A stretch of 64,000 bases of DNA, taken from the NCBI GenBank assembly GCA_038087875.1, contig CM075978.1, positions 37,386,001-37,450,000 on the forward strand, read 5' to 3'. Source of the stretch: Malacoraja senta (lineage: Eukaryota). Within the stretch, counting starts at the first letter, position 1. Every line of letters starts with the position of its first letter. Below, piece after piece: positions 11,965 to 25,600 of this stretch. Under the pieces are notes generated by a model, which made no database searches, had not been told where the DNA came from, and saw nothing but the letters and a program-made list of their open reading frames with translations. The position numbers and the translations under genes are program-made.

Positions 11965-12812
11965 TCTATATTACTAAAAGTCTGATCTTGACCGCTTTTG
12001 GCTCGCTGTGGTGTGATTTCCGAGAGAACGCCGCCACCTATGGCCGTCATTTTTGGCCACCTCGCTCAGAGCCCCCCTCCGCCTTCCTGGACCAGAGGAT
12101 TTTTCCCATCGATGAAAAATCAGAGAGATATTAATGTTTTTAAATAATTTGCCATTCTCTCTGCTGCCCCTGCTGGAGGGAGGGGGAGGGACTATAAAAC
12201 CAGGAAGTGGTGTGCCTCACTCAGTCTCTGTAAGATGGAGGAAGCCAGTCATGTCTCTCTGAGCTCTGAATAGCACTGAACACATGTCTACTCAACTGTG
12301 AGTGCCCTTAATGTGGTTCTAAAATGCTTGCAAAAAGTGTCTATGGTTCTAAAATGCTTGCACAAAGTGTCTATTGGTTCTAAATGGTTGCAAAAAGTGC
12401 CTATTGGTTCTAAATGGTTGCAGAAAGTGTCTCTATTGGGTCTAAAATGCTTGCAGAAAGTGTCTCTATTGGGTCTAAAATGCTTGCAAAAAGTGTCTCT
12501 ATTGGATCTAAAATGCTTGCAGAAAGTGTCTCTATTGGTTCTAAAATGCTGCATGGCCAGAGTGACCGAGCTGCATGGCCAGAGTGACCGAGCTGCGTGG
12601 CCAGAGTGACCGAGCTGCCTGGCCAGAGTGACCGAGCTGCCTGGCCTGAGCGACTGAGCTGCCAGCCCAAGAATCCATTCGGCCCACAATGTCCATACTA
12701 GCCCTCTGGAGACCAGTCCCTTTGACCCACAACAAACACACTAGCACTCCAGAAAGCCCCCCCCCCCCCCCACTGGCCAGCAATATTGGAATTGGTGGAG
12801 AGGTGGAATATT
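11965..12812 (+). mobile_element. Non-autonomous Helitron, 5' end intact, 3' end lost in assembly gap
   Basis: Starts A|TCTATATTACTAAAAG (Helitron 5'-TC after A). Distal part matches the subterminal region of the 3303 copy. Confidence 0.78.
12315..12660. repeat. Two adjacent minisatellites (30-33 bp x about 7; 22 bp x about 5)
   Basis: ggttctaaaatgcttgcaaaaagtgtct(ct)att units, then gctgcatggccagagtgaccga at 12548, 12570, 12592, 12614, 12636. Confidence 0.9.
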
Positions 12813-13012
12813 NNNNNNNNNNNNNNNNNNNNNNNNNNNNNNNNNNNNNNNNNNNNNNNNNNNNNNNNNNNNNNNNNNNNNNNNNNNNNNNNNNNNNNNN
12901 NNNNNNNNNNNNNNNNNNNNNNNNNNNNNNNNNNNNNNNNNNNNNNNNNNNNNNNNNNNNNNNNNNNNNNNNNNNNNNNNNNNNNNNNNNNNNNNNNNNN
13001 NNNNNNNNNNNN
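12813..13012. other. Assembly gap (200 N)
   Basis: Run of n. Confidence 1.
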
Positions 13013-13207
13013 ATACCATTGACAACATGAGAAGAATGAGTTGGTCTAGGCATAATAATTACAAAAAAAGTAGAAGAAGCAGTCAATTCTCTATCAATCA
13101 CCTGGGCAAGATCCAGAGAAAATGTTCACTTTCCAGAGGTGTTAGCTCTAGTATTTCACAATGAACCACTACTATAAAAAATTTAAGAATTTTGTTGAAT
13201 TTTGGGA

Positions 13208-13385
13208 GCGTGGAAGCCGGTCCGAGAATGAAGAGGGCCACCAGAGAGCGAGGAGGGTCGTCAGAGAGTGAGGGGGAGATCGGAGAGCGAGGAGGGCCAT
13301 CGGAGAGCGAGGGGGACCGTTGCACAGTGAGGAAGGCCGCTGGAGACCCATCGGAAAGCATAGAGGGCCGTCGGAGAATCAAGGG
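13208..13385. repeat. GC/purine-rich degenerate tandem repeat of about 20 bp just 3' of the AHNAK2 stop
   Basis: Recurrent gagggc(c/t)...c(a/g)gagagcgag units. Confidence 0.55.
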
Positions 13386-13607
13386 TCAGTGAGAACAAAT
13401 CAGGGTCTAGGCGGGGTGCGTCGTGAACAGAGGGGTGACCCAACAAGAGAACGAAAGCTCTATTTCTATGCTGTACATCTGTGACTTGCAGAATGATTTT
13501 CAATAACACGTCCACATTGTTCCTATGGACAAGAGAGCATCTACCATAATCATATGGTTTAATTTCAATTGTGCATACTTAGACGTTTATGTTAGGTGCA
13601 TTCATAT

Positions 13608-16600
13608 TTAATCAGGTGAATTTAAGAATTTTGTTGATACTTCACCAACTCGGACAGAAAATGACACAATATCAATGTCAGTACCTGGTTCTTTGGCCAC
13701 AACCTTGGCAGCATCAGCATCTTGTGAGGATGAAACATCTTTCTTTGATGTTGTAATGCCAAAGTCCACATCTGGAAATGTAAATTTAGGAATAGAAACT
13801 TTGAATGTTGACACTTTCACCGCTGGCAGTTTCAGATCATGATCACCATCTGAATCAGTATCCATACTCAATTTTGTTGCACCATCTACAGTTGTTTCTG
13901 AGCATTCGAACTTTGGCCTTTCCAGATTGGCATAAACACCCTCCACAGAAATGCCTCCTGCATCGACATCAGCCTTGAACTTGCCTGGTACTATATCAGC
14001 TTCTGGTAATTTCACATCTACGTCAGCTTTTGGGAGTAAAAGGTCAACATTAGCTATGCTAATATCACAGCTCTTGTTTGGAGCTGATCCATCGTGAGTG
14101 GGAATTCCAAATGTTGACCCTTCAAATTTGAGAAGATTTATTTTCCGCCCCTTGCCTTCGATATCCATATCCGTTGTCTCAATGGCAACACCAAATCCTG
14201 GAGCACCCAAATCAGGGATTTTGCCCCTAACCTCTCCTTCAGGGTTTGTGAGCAAAATGTCCATATCTGGCTCTTCCAGACCTACGCCCATCTCTGCATC
14301 TTTGAATTTTGGAAGAGAAATTCCAAATGGCATTTTTATGAATGGCATTTTAAACTTACTGTCATGGGCTTTAACCTTCGGGTCGGCTGAGTCAACATCT
14401 ACATCTATTGTTGGTGCATGGATGCCAGTAGGTGGAGCCTTGACGTTCATTGAGAGATCTGGTGCTGCAAAATCATGTTCAGTCTTCGACTGTCCTGCAT
14501 GAACATCAAGCTCAATGACCACCTTTGGAAGTGCAAAATCTATTGATGGCTTTTCAATCTTGGGCATTTTAAGACATGCATCACGCCCGTCCACATGAAT
14601 GATTCTTGCACCAAAATCAGCTTCCAACCTGTCACGTTTCATATCAGCTTCTTGCAATTTCAAATCCAAATCAGCTTTGGAGTGAGAAATGTCAACTTGG
14701 GGCAAACTGACATCAAGACTCATTTGAGAAGCTGATCCATCAGGAGCAGAAATTCCAAAATCTGGCCTTTTAAATTTGGCAAGTTTTATTTTACCTCCTT
14801 TGCCTTTGATATCTACGTCTGGTGTGTCAATGTTAACTTCAGAATCTAGAGCACCCACGTAAGGCATATTGCCCTTTACTTCCACCTCAGGCTTTGTGAG
14901 TGAAATGTCCACATCTGGCTCTTCCAGACCTACGTCCACGTCTGGACCTTTGAATTTGGGAAGGGAAATTCCAAATGATGGCATTTTCATTGATGGCATT
15001 TTCATTGATGGTATTTTGAACTTACTGTCCCGGCCTTTCATCTTAAGGTCAGCTGAGTCCAACACTACATCAGTTGTTGGTGCATGGAAGACAGTGTCTG
15101 GAGCCTTGATGTTCATTGAGAAATCTGGTGCGGCAACATCAAATTCAGGCTTCGACAGACCTGCATCAATATCAAATTTTCCTTCCACGTTTAGCGCTGC
15201 ACGATCTATTGGTGGCATTGTAATCTCTGGTATTTTAATACTTGCATCAGGACCTTCCACATCGAGGGTACCGGCAGAGCATTCAACTTCCAACTTGCCT
15301 GGTTCTATTTCTCCTTCTGGTAACTTCACTTCTGCATCAGCTTTTGGAAGAGAAATATCAAGTTTGGGCAGGTTGACATCAATGCTCATTTTTGGAGCTT
15401 TTAAATCAGGACCAGAAATTCCAAACTTTGGCCCTTTAAATTTGGGAAGTTTCATTTTCCCTCCCTTGCCATCGATGTCAATGTCAACTTCACACTCTGG
15501 AGCTCCCGCATCAGGAATTTTGCCCTTTACTTCCACGTCAGGCATTGTGAGTGAAATGTCCACATTTGTTTTTTTCAATCCTACATCTATATCTGGACCT
15601 TTGAATTTGGGAAGAGAAACTCCAAATCTTGGCATTTTCATTGAAGGCATTTTGAACTTACTGTCATGGCCTTTCATCTTAAGGTCAGCTGAGTCTAAAA
15701 CTACATCTATTGTTGGTGCACTGCAAAGAGTATCTGGAGCCTTGATGTCCATTGAGAGATCTGGTGCTACAACATCAAATTCAGGCTTCGACAGACCTGC
15801 ATCAATATCAAATTTTCCTTCCACGTTTAGCAATGCACAATCAATTGATGGCATTGTAATCTCTGGAATTTTAATACTTGCTTCTGGACGCTCAACATCT
15901 ATGGTACCCGCTTGGATTTCAGCTTCTAACTCGCCACGTTTTACATCTGATAATTTCACATCTGCATCAGCTTTTGGAGAAGAAAAATTAAGTTTGGGCA
16001 CGTTGGCAACAATGCTCATTTTTGGAGCCTTTATATCAGGACCAGAAGTTCCAAATTTTGGCCCTTTAAATTTGGGAAGTTTAATTTTCCCTCCCTTGCC
16101 TTTGATGTCCACGTCCGGTGTGTCAATGGCAACTTCACACTTGAGAGCACCCACATTAGGCATTTTGCCCTTTACTTCTATGTCAGGCTTGGTAAGTGAA
16201 ATGTCCACGTCTGTTTTTTCTAGTCCTACATCCACATCTGGACCTTTGAATTTGGGAAGAGAAACTCCAAATCTTGGCATTTTCATTGATGGCATTTTGA
16301 ACTTACTGTCCTGGCCTTTCATCTTAAGGTCAGTGGAGTCCAAATCTACATCTATTGTTGGTGCATGGAAGCCAGTATCTGGAGCCTTGATGTCCATTGA
16401 GAAATCTGGTGCTGCTACATCAACTTCAGGTTTCGACAGACCTGCATCAATATCAAATTTTCCTTTCACGTTTGGCGCTGCATGATCTATTAATGGCATT
16501 GTAATCTCTGGTATTTTAACACTTGCATCAGGACCTTCCACATCTAGGGTACCGGCAGAGCACTCAACTTCCAACTTGCCTGGTTTTATTTCTCCTTCTG

Positions 16601-19600
16601 GTAACTTCACTTCTGCATCAGCTTTTGGAAGAGAAATATCAAGTTTGGGCAGGTTGACATCAATGCTCATTTTTGGAGCTTTTATATCAGGACCAGAAAT
16701 TCCAAATTTTGGCCCTTTAAATTTGGAAAGTTTCATTTTCCCTCCCTTGTCCTCGATGTCGATGTCAACTTCACACTCTGGAGCACCCGCATCCGGCATT
16801 TTGCCCGTTACTTCTACATCAGGCATTGTGAGTGAAATGTCCACATCTGTTTTTTTCAGTCCTACATCAACATCTGGACCTTTGAATTTGGGAAGAGTAA
16901 CTCCAAATCTTGGCATTTTCATTGATGGCATTTTGAACTTACTCTCATGGGATTTCATCTTAAGGTCAACTGAGTCTAAATCTACATCTATTGTTGGTGG
17001 ATGGAACCCAGCAGCTGGAGCATTGACATCCATTGAGAGATCTGGTGCTGCAACATCAAGTTCAGGCTTCGACTGTCCTATATCAAAATCAAATTTTCCT
17101 TCCACGTTTGGCACTACAATATCTAGAGATGGTTTTTCAAACTCAGTCATTTTCAGACTTGTTTCAGGACCCTCAACATTTATGGTACCCGCTCGGATTT
17201 CAGCTTCTAACTCGCCAGGTTTCACATCTGATAATTTCACATGTGCATCAGCTTTTGGAAGCGAAAAATCAAGTTTGGGCAGGTCGACATCAATGTTCAT
17301 TTTTGAAACTTTTATATCAGGACCAGAAATTCCAAATTTTGGCCCTTCAAATTTAGAAACTTTCATTTTCCCTCCCTTGCCTTTGATGTCCACATCCGGT
17401 GTGTCAATGGCAACTTCACACTCTGGTGCACCCACATCACGCATTTTGCCCTTTACTTCCACGTCAGGAATGGTGAATGAAATGTCCCCATCTGGCATTT
17501 TCAGTTCTCCATCCACATGTGAAGCTTTGAATTTGGGAAGGGAAATTCCAAATGATGGCATTTTCATTGATGGCATTTTCATTGATGGCATTTTGAACTT
17601 TCTGCCCTGGCCTTTCATCTTCAGGTCGGTTGAGTCTACATCTACATCTATTGTTGGTGCATGGAAGCCAGTATCTGTAGCCTTGATGTCCATTGAGAAA
17701 TCTGGTGCTGCAACATCAAATTCAGGTTTCGACAGACCTGCATCAATATCAAATTTTCTTTCCACATTTGGTGCTGCAAGATCTATTGATGGCATTCTAA
17801 TCTCTGGTATATTAATACTTGCATCAGGACCTTCCACATCGAGGGCACCGGCAGAGCATTCAACTTCCAACTTGCCTGGTATTATTTCTCCTTCTGGTAA
17901 CTTCACTTCTGCATCAGCTTTTGGAAGAGAAATATCAAGTTTGGGCAGGTTGACATCAATGCCCATTTTTGGAGCTTTTATATCAGGACCAGAAATTCCA
18001 AATTTTGGCACTTTAAATTTGGAATGTTTCATTTTCCCTCCCTTGCCTTCGATGTCAATGTCAACTTCAAACTCTGGAACACACGCATCAGGAATTTTGC
18101 CCTTTACTTCCACGTCAGGCATTGTGAGTGAAATGTCCACATCTGTTTTTTTCAGTCCTACATCAACATCTGGACCTTTGAATTTGGGAACAGAAACTCC
18201 AAATCTTGGCATTTTCATTGATGGCATTTTGAACTTTCTGTCGTGGTCTTTCACCTTCAGGTCAGTTGAGTCTAAATGTACATCTATTGTTGGTGCATGG
18301 ATGTCAATAGCTGGAGCATTGACGTCCATTGAGAGATCGTGTGCTGCAACAGCAAGTTCAGAATTCAACACCCCTTTATCAGCATCAAATTTACCTTCCA
18401 CCTTTGGCACTGTGCTATCCATTGATGGCTTTGTAATCTCTGGTATTTTAATACTTGCTTCAGGACCTTCCACATCCACGGTACCAGCAAGGAATTCAAC
18501 TTCGAACTTGCCTGGTTTAATTTCTCCTTCTGGAAACTTCACTTCTGCATCAGCTTTTGGAAGAGAAATATCCAGTTTGGGCAGGTTGACATCAATGCTC
18601 ATTTTTGAAGCTTTTATATCAGGACCAGAAATTCCAAATTTTGGCCCTTTAAATTTAGGAAATTTAATTTTCCCTCCCTTGCCTTTCATGTCCACGTCCA
18701 AGGTGTCAATGGCAATTTCACACTCTGGAGCACCCACATCAGGCATTTTGGCCTTTATTACCATGTCAGGCTTTGTGAGTGAAATGTCCACATCTGTTTT
18801 TTTCAGTCCTACATCCACTTCGGGACCTTTGAATTTGGGAAGAGAAACTGCAAATTGTGGCATTTTCATTGATGGCATTTTGAACTTACTGTCCTGGCCT
18901 TTCAGGTTAACGTCAGCTGAGTCTAAAACTACATCTATTGTTGGTGCATGGAGGACAGTATCTGGAGTCTTGATGTCCATTGATAGATCTGGTGCTACAA
19001 CATCAAATTCAGGCTTCGACAGACCTGCATCAATATCAAATTTTCCTTCCACGTTTGGCAATGCACGATCAATTGATGGCATTGTAATCTCTGGTATTTT
19101 AATACTTGCTTCTGGACCCTCAACATCGATGGTACCCGCTTGGATTTCAGCTTCTAACTCGCCAGGTTTTACATTTGATAATTTCACATTTGCATCAGTT
19201 TTTGGATAAGAAATATCAAGTTTGGGCACTTTGGCATCAATGCTCATTTTTGGAGCTTTTATATCAGGACCAGAAATACCAAATTTTGGCCCTTCAAATT
19301 GGGGAAGTTTAATTTTCCCTCCCTTGCCTTTGATGTCCACATCCGGTGTGTCAATGGCAACTTCACACTCGAGAGCACCCGCATCAGGCATTTTGCCCTT
19401 TACTTCCACGTCATAATTGGTGAGTGAAATGTCCACATATGGTTTTTTTTGTCCATCATCCACATCTGAACCTTTGAATTTGGGAAGAGAAATTCCAAAT
19501 GATGGCATTTTCATTGATGGCATTTTCATTGATGGCATTTTGAACATACTGTCCTGGCCTTTCAGCTTGAGGTCAGTTGAGTCCACGACCACATCTATTG

Positions 19601-22600
19601 TTGGTGCACGGAAGCCAGTATCTGGAGCCTTGATGTCCATTGAGAAATCTGGTGCTGCAACATCAAATTCAGTTTTCGACAGACCTGCATCAATATCAAA
19701 TTTTCCTTCCACGTTTGACACTGCACGATCTATTGATGGCATTGTAATCTCTGGTATTTTAATACTTGCATCAGGACCTTCCACATCGAGGGTACCGGCA
19801 GAGCATTCAACTTCCAACTTGCCTGGTTTTATTTCTCCTTCTGGTAACTTCACTTCTGTATCAGCTTTTGGAAGGGAAATATCAAGCTTGGGCAGGTTGA
19901 CATCAATGCCCATTTTTGGAGCTTTTATATCACGACCAGAAATTCCAAATTTTGGCACTTTAAATTTGGAATGTTTCATTTTCCCTCCCTTGCCTTCCAT
20001 GTCAATGTCAACTTCAAACTCTGGAGCACCCACATCAGGAATTTTGCCCTTTACTTCCACGTCAGGCAATGTGAGTGAAATGTCCACATCTGTTTTTTTC
20101 AGTCCTACATCAACATCTGGACCTTTGAATTTGGGAACAGAAACTCCAAATCTTGGCATTTTCATTGATGGCATTTTGAACTTTCTGTCGTGGTCTTTCA
20201 CCTTCAGGTCAGTTGAGTCTAAATCTACATCTATTGTTGGTGCATGGATGTCAATAGCTGGAGCATTGACGTCCATTGAGAGATTGTGTGCTGCAACAGC
20301 AAGTTCAGAATTCAACACCCCTTTATCAGCATCAAATTTACCTTCCACCTTTGGCACTGTGCTATCCATTGATGGCTTTGTAATCTCTGGTATTTTAATA
20401 CTTGTTTCAGGACCTTCCACATCCACGGTACCAGCAAGTAATTCAACTTCGAACTTGCCTGGTTTTATTTCTCCTTCTGGAAACTTCACTTCTGCATCAG
20501 CTTTTGGAAGAGAAATATCCAGTTTGGGCAGGTTGACATCAATGCTCATTTTTGGAGCTTTTATATCAGGACCAGAAATTCCAAATTTTGGCCCTTTAAA
20601 TTTGGGAAGTTTAAATTTCCCTCCCTTGCCTTTGATGTCCACGTCCGATGTGTCATTGGCAACTTCACACTTGAGAGCACCTACATTAAGCATTTTGCCC
20701 TTTACTTCTACGTCAGGCTTGGTAAGTGAAATGTCCACGTCTGTTTTTTCTAGTCCAACATCCACATCTGGACCTTTGAATTTGGGAAGGGAAACTGCTA
20801 ATGATGGCATTTTCATTGATGGTATTTTGAACATACTGTCCTGGCCTTTCATATTGAGGTCAGTTGAGTCCAGGACCACATCTATTGTTGGTGCACGGAA
20901 GCCAGTATCTGGAGCCTTGATGTCCATTGAGAAATCTGGTGCTGCAACATCAAATTCAGTTTTCGACAGACCTGCATCAATATCAAATTTTCCTTCTACG
21001 TTTGGCACTGCACGATCTATTGATGGCATTGTAATCTCTGGTATTTTAATACTTGCATCAGGACCTTCCACATCGAGGGTACCGGCAGAGCATTCAACTT
21101 CCAACTTGCCTGGTTTTATTTCTCCTTCTGGTAACTTCACTACTGCATCAGCTTTTGGAAGAGAAATATCAAGTTTGGGCAGGTTGACATCAATGCCCAT
21201 TTTCGGAGCTTTTATATCAGGACCAGAAATTCCAAATTTTGGCACTTTAAATTTGGAATGTTTTATTTTCCCTCCCTTTCCTTCGATGTCAATGTCAACT
21301 TCACACTCTGGAGCACCTGCATCAGTAATTTTGCCCTTTACTTCCACGTCAGGCATTGTGAGCGAAACGTCCACATCTGTTTTTTTCAGTCCTACAACAA
21401 CATCTGGACCTTTGAATTTGGGAACAGAAACTCCAAATCTTGGCATTCTCATTGATGGCATTTTCATTGATGGCATTTTCAACTTTCTGTCGTGGTCTTT
21501 CACCTTCAGGTCAGTTGAGACTAAATCTACATCTATTGTTGGTGCCTGGATGTCAATAGCTGGAGCATTGATGTCCATTGAGAGATCGTGTGCTGCAACA
21601 GCAAGTTCAGAATTCAACACCCCTTTATCAGCATCAAATTTACCTTCCACCTTTGGCACTGTGCTATCCATTGATGGCTTTGTAATCTCTGGTATTTTAA
21701 TACTTGCTTCAGGACCTTCCACATCCACGGTACCAGCAAGGAATTCAACTTCGAACTTGCCTGGTTTTATTTCTCCTTCTGGAAACTTCACTTCTGCATC
21801 AGCTTTTGGAAGAGAAATATCCAGTTTGGGCAGGTTGACATCAATGCTCATTTTTGAAGCTTTTATATCAGGACCAGAAATTCCAAATTTTGGCCCTTTA
21901 AATTTAGGAAGTTTAATTTTCCCTCCCTTGCCTTTCATGTCCACGTCCAAGGTTTCAATGGCAATTTCACACTCTGGAGCACCCACATCAGGCATTTTGG
22001 CCTTTATTACCATGTCAGGCTTTGTGAGTGAAATGTCCACATCTGTTTTTTTCAGTCCTACATCCACTTCGGGACCTTTGAATTTGGGAAGATAAACTGC
22101 AAATTGTGGCATTTTCATTGATGGCATTTTGAACTTACTGTCCTGGCCTTTCAGGTTAACGTCAGCTGAGTCTAAAACTACATCTATTGTTGGTGCATGG
22201 AGGACAGTATCTGGAGTCTTGATGTACATTGATAGATCTGGTGCTACAACATTAAATTCAGGCTTCGACAGACCTGCATCAATATCAAATTTTCCTTCCA
22301 CGTTTGGCAATGCACGATCAATTGATGGCATTGTAATCTCTGGTATTTTAATACTTGCTTCTGGACCCTCAACATCGATGGTACCCGCTTGGATTTCAGC
22401 TTCTAACTCGCCAGGTTTTACATCTGATAATTTCACATTTGCATCAGTTTTTGGATAAGAAATATCAAGTTTGGGCACGTTGGCATCAATGCTCATTTTT
22501 GGAGCTTTTATATCAGGACCAGAAATACCAAATTTTGGCCCTTCAAATTGGGGAAGTTTAATTTTCCCTCCCTTGCCTTTGATGTCCACATCCGGTGTGT

Positions 22601-25600
22601 CAATGGCAACTTCACACTCGAGAGCACCCGCATCAGGCATTTTGCCCTTTACTTTCACGTCATAATTGGTGAGTGAAATGTCCATATATGGTTTTTTTTG
22701 TCCATCATCCACATCTGAACCTTTGAATTTGGGAAGAGAAATTCCAAATGATGGCATTTTCATTGATGGCATTTTCATTGATGGCATTTTGAACATACTG
22801 TCCTGGCCTTTCAGCTTGAGGTCAGTTGAGTCCACGACCACATCTATTGTTGGTGCACGGAAGCCAGTATCTGGAGCCTTGATGTCCATTGAGAAATCTG
22901 GTGCTGCAACATCAAATTCAGTTTTCGACAGACCTGCATCAATATCAAATTTTCCTTCCACGTTTGGCACTGCACGATCTATTGATGGCATTGTAATCTC
23001 TGGTATTTTAATACTTGCATCAGGACCTTCCACATCGAGGGTACCGGCAGAGCATTCAACTTCCAACTTGCCTGGTTTTATTTCTCCTTCTGGTAACTTC
23101 ACTTCTGCATCAGCTTTTGGAAGAGAAATATCAAGTTTGGGCAGGTTGACATCAATGCCCATTTTTGGAGCTTTTATATCAGGACCAGAAATTCCAAATT
23201 TTGGCACTTTAAATTTGGAATGTTTTATTTTCCCTCCCTTGCCTTCGATATCAATGTCAACTTCACACTCTGGAGCACCTGCATCAGTAATTTTGCCCTT
23301 TACTTCCACGTCAGGCATTGTGAGTGAAATGTCCACATCTGTTTTTTTCAGTCCTACATCAACATCTGGACCTTTGAATTTGGGAACAGAAACTCCAAAT
23401 CTTGGCATTTTCATTGATGGCATTTTGAACTTTCTGTCGTGGTCTTTCACCTTCAGGTCAGTTGAGTCTAAATCTACATCTATTTTTGGTGCATGGATGT
23501 CAATAGCTGGAGCATTGATGTCCATTGAGAGATCGTGTGCTGCAACAGCAAGTTCAGAATTCAACACCCCTTTATCAGCATCAAATTTACCTTCCACCTT
23601 TGGCACTGTGCTATCCATTGATGGCTTTGTAATCTCTGGTATTTTAATACTTGCTTCAGGACCTTCCACATCAACGGTACCAGCAAGGAATTCAACTTCG
23701 AACTTGCCTGGTTTTATTTCTCCTTCTGGTAACTTCACTTCTGCATCAGCTTTTGGAAGGGAAATATCAAGTTTGGGCAGGTTGACATCAATGCTCATTT
23801 TTGAAGCTTTTATATCAGGACCAGAAATTCCAAATTTTGGCCCTTTAAATTTAGGAAGTTTAATTTTCCCTCCCTTGCCTTTCATGTCCACGTCCAAGGT
23901 TTCAATGGCAATTTCACACTCTGGAGCACCCACATCAGGCATTTTGGCCTTTATTACCATGTCAGGCTTTGTGAGTGAAATGTCCACATCTGTTTTTTTC
24001 AGTCCTACATCCACTTCGGGACCTTTGAATTTGGGAAGATAAACTGCAAATTGTGGCATTTTCATTGATGGCATTTTGAACTTACTGTCCTGGCCTTTCA
24101 GGTTAACGTCAGCTGAGTCTAAAACTACATCTATTGTTGGTGCATGGAGGACAGTATCTGGAGTCTTGATGTACATTGATAGATCTGGTGCTACAACATC
24201 AAATTCAGGCTTCGACAGACCTGCATCAATATCAAATTTTCCTTCCACGTTTGGCAATGCACGATCAATTGATGGCATTGTAATCTCTGGTATTTTAATA
24301 CTTGCTTCTGGACCCTCAACATCGATGGTACCCGCTTGGATTTCAGCTTCTAACTCGCCAGGTTTTACATCTGATAATTTCACATTTGCATCAGTTTTTG
24401 GATAAGAAATATCAAGTTTGGGCACGTTGGCATCAATGCTCATTTTTGGAGCTTTTATATCAGGACCAGAAATACCAAATTTTGGCCCTTCAAATTGGGG
24501 AAGTTTAATTTTCCCTCCCTTGCCTTTGATGTCCACATCCGGTGTGTCAATGGCAACTTCACACTCGAGAGCACCCGCATCAGGCATTTTGCCCTTTACT
24601 TTCACGTCATAATTGGTGAGTGAAATGTCCATATATGGTTTTTTTTGTCCATCATCCACATCTGAACCTTTGAATTTGGGAAGAGAAATTCCAAATGATG
24701 GCATTTTCATTGATGGCATTTTCATTGATGGCATTTTGAACATACTGTCCTGGCCTTTCAGCTTGAGGTCAGTTGAGTCCACGACCACATCTATTGTTGG
24801 TGCACGGAAGCCAGTATCTGGAGCCTTGATGTCCATTGAGAAATCTGGTGCTGCAACATCAAATTCAGTTTTCGACAGACCTGCATCAATATCAAATTTT
24901 CCTTCCACGTTTGGCACTGCACGATCTATTGATGGCATTGTAATCTCTGGTATTTTAATACTTGCATCAGGACCTTCCACATCGAGGGTACCGGCAGAGC
25001 ATTCAACTTCCAACTTGCCTGGTTTTATTTCTCCTTCTGGTAACTTCACTTCTGCATCAGCTTTTGGAAGAGAAATATCAAGTTTGGGCAGGTTGACATC
25101 AATGCCCATTTTCGGAGCTTTTATATCAGGACCAGAAATTCCAAATTTTGGCACTTTAAATTTGGAATGTTTTATTTTCCCTCCCTTGCCTTCGATATCA
25201 ATGTCAACTTCACACTCTGGAGCACCTGCATCAGTAATTTTGCCCTTTACTTCCACGTCAGGCATTGTGAGTGAAATGTCCACATCTGTTTTTTTCAGTC
25301 CTACATCAACATCTGGACCTTTGAATTTGGGAACAGAAACTCCAAATCTTGGCATTTTCATTGATGGCATTTTGAACTTTCTGTCGTGGTCTTTCACCTT
25401 CAGGTCAGTTGAGTCTAAATCTACATCTATTTTTGGTGCATGGATGTCAATAGCTGGAGCATTGATGTCCATTGAGAGATCGTGTGCTGCAACAGCAAGT
25501 TCAGAATTCAACACCCCTTTATCAGCATCAAATTTACCTTCCACCTTTGGCACTGTGCTATCCATTGATGGCTTTGTAATCTCTGGTATTTTAATACTTG

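Noticed and set aside
3647-12660. Short regularly spaced repeats as CRISPR-like arrays
   Set aside because: Head-to-tail minisatellites without unique spacers, in a eukaryotic Helitron context, with no cas genes.
12288-13101. ORFs over the minisatellites and N-run
   Set aside because: Artefacts of tandem repeats and of translation through Ns.
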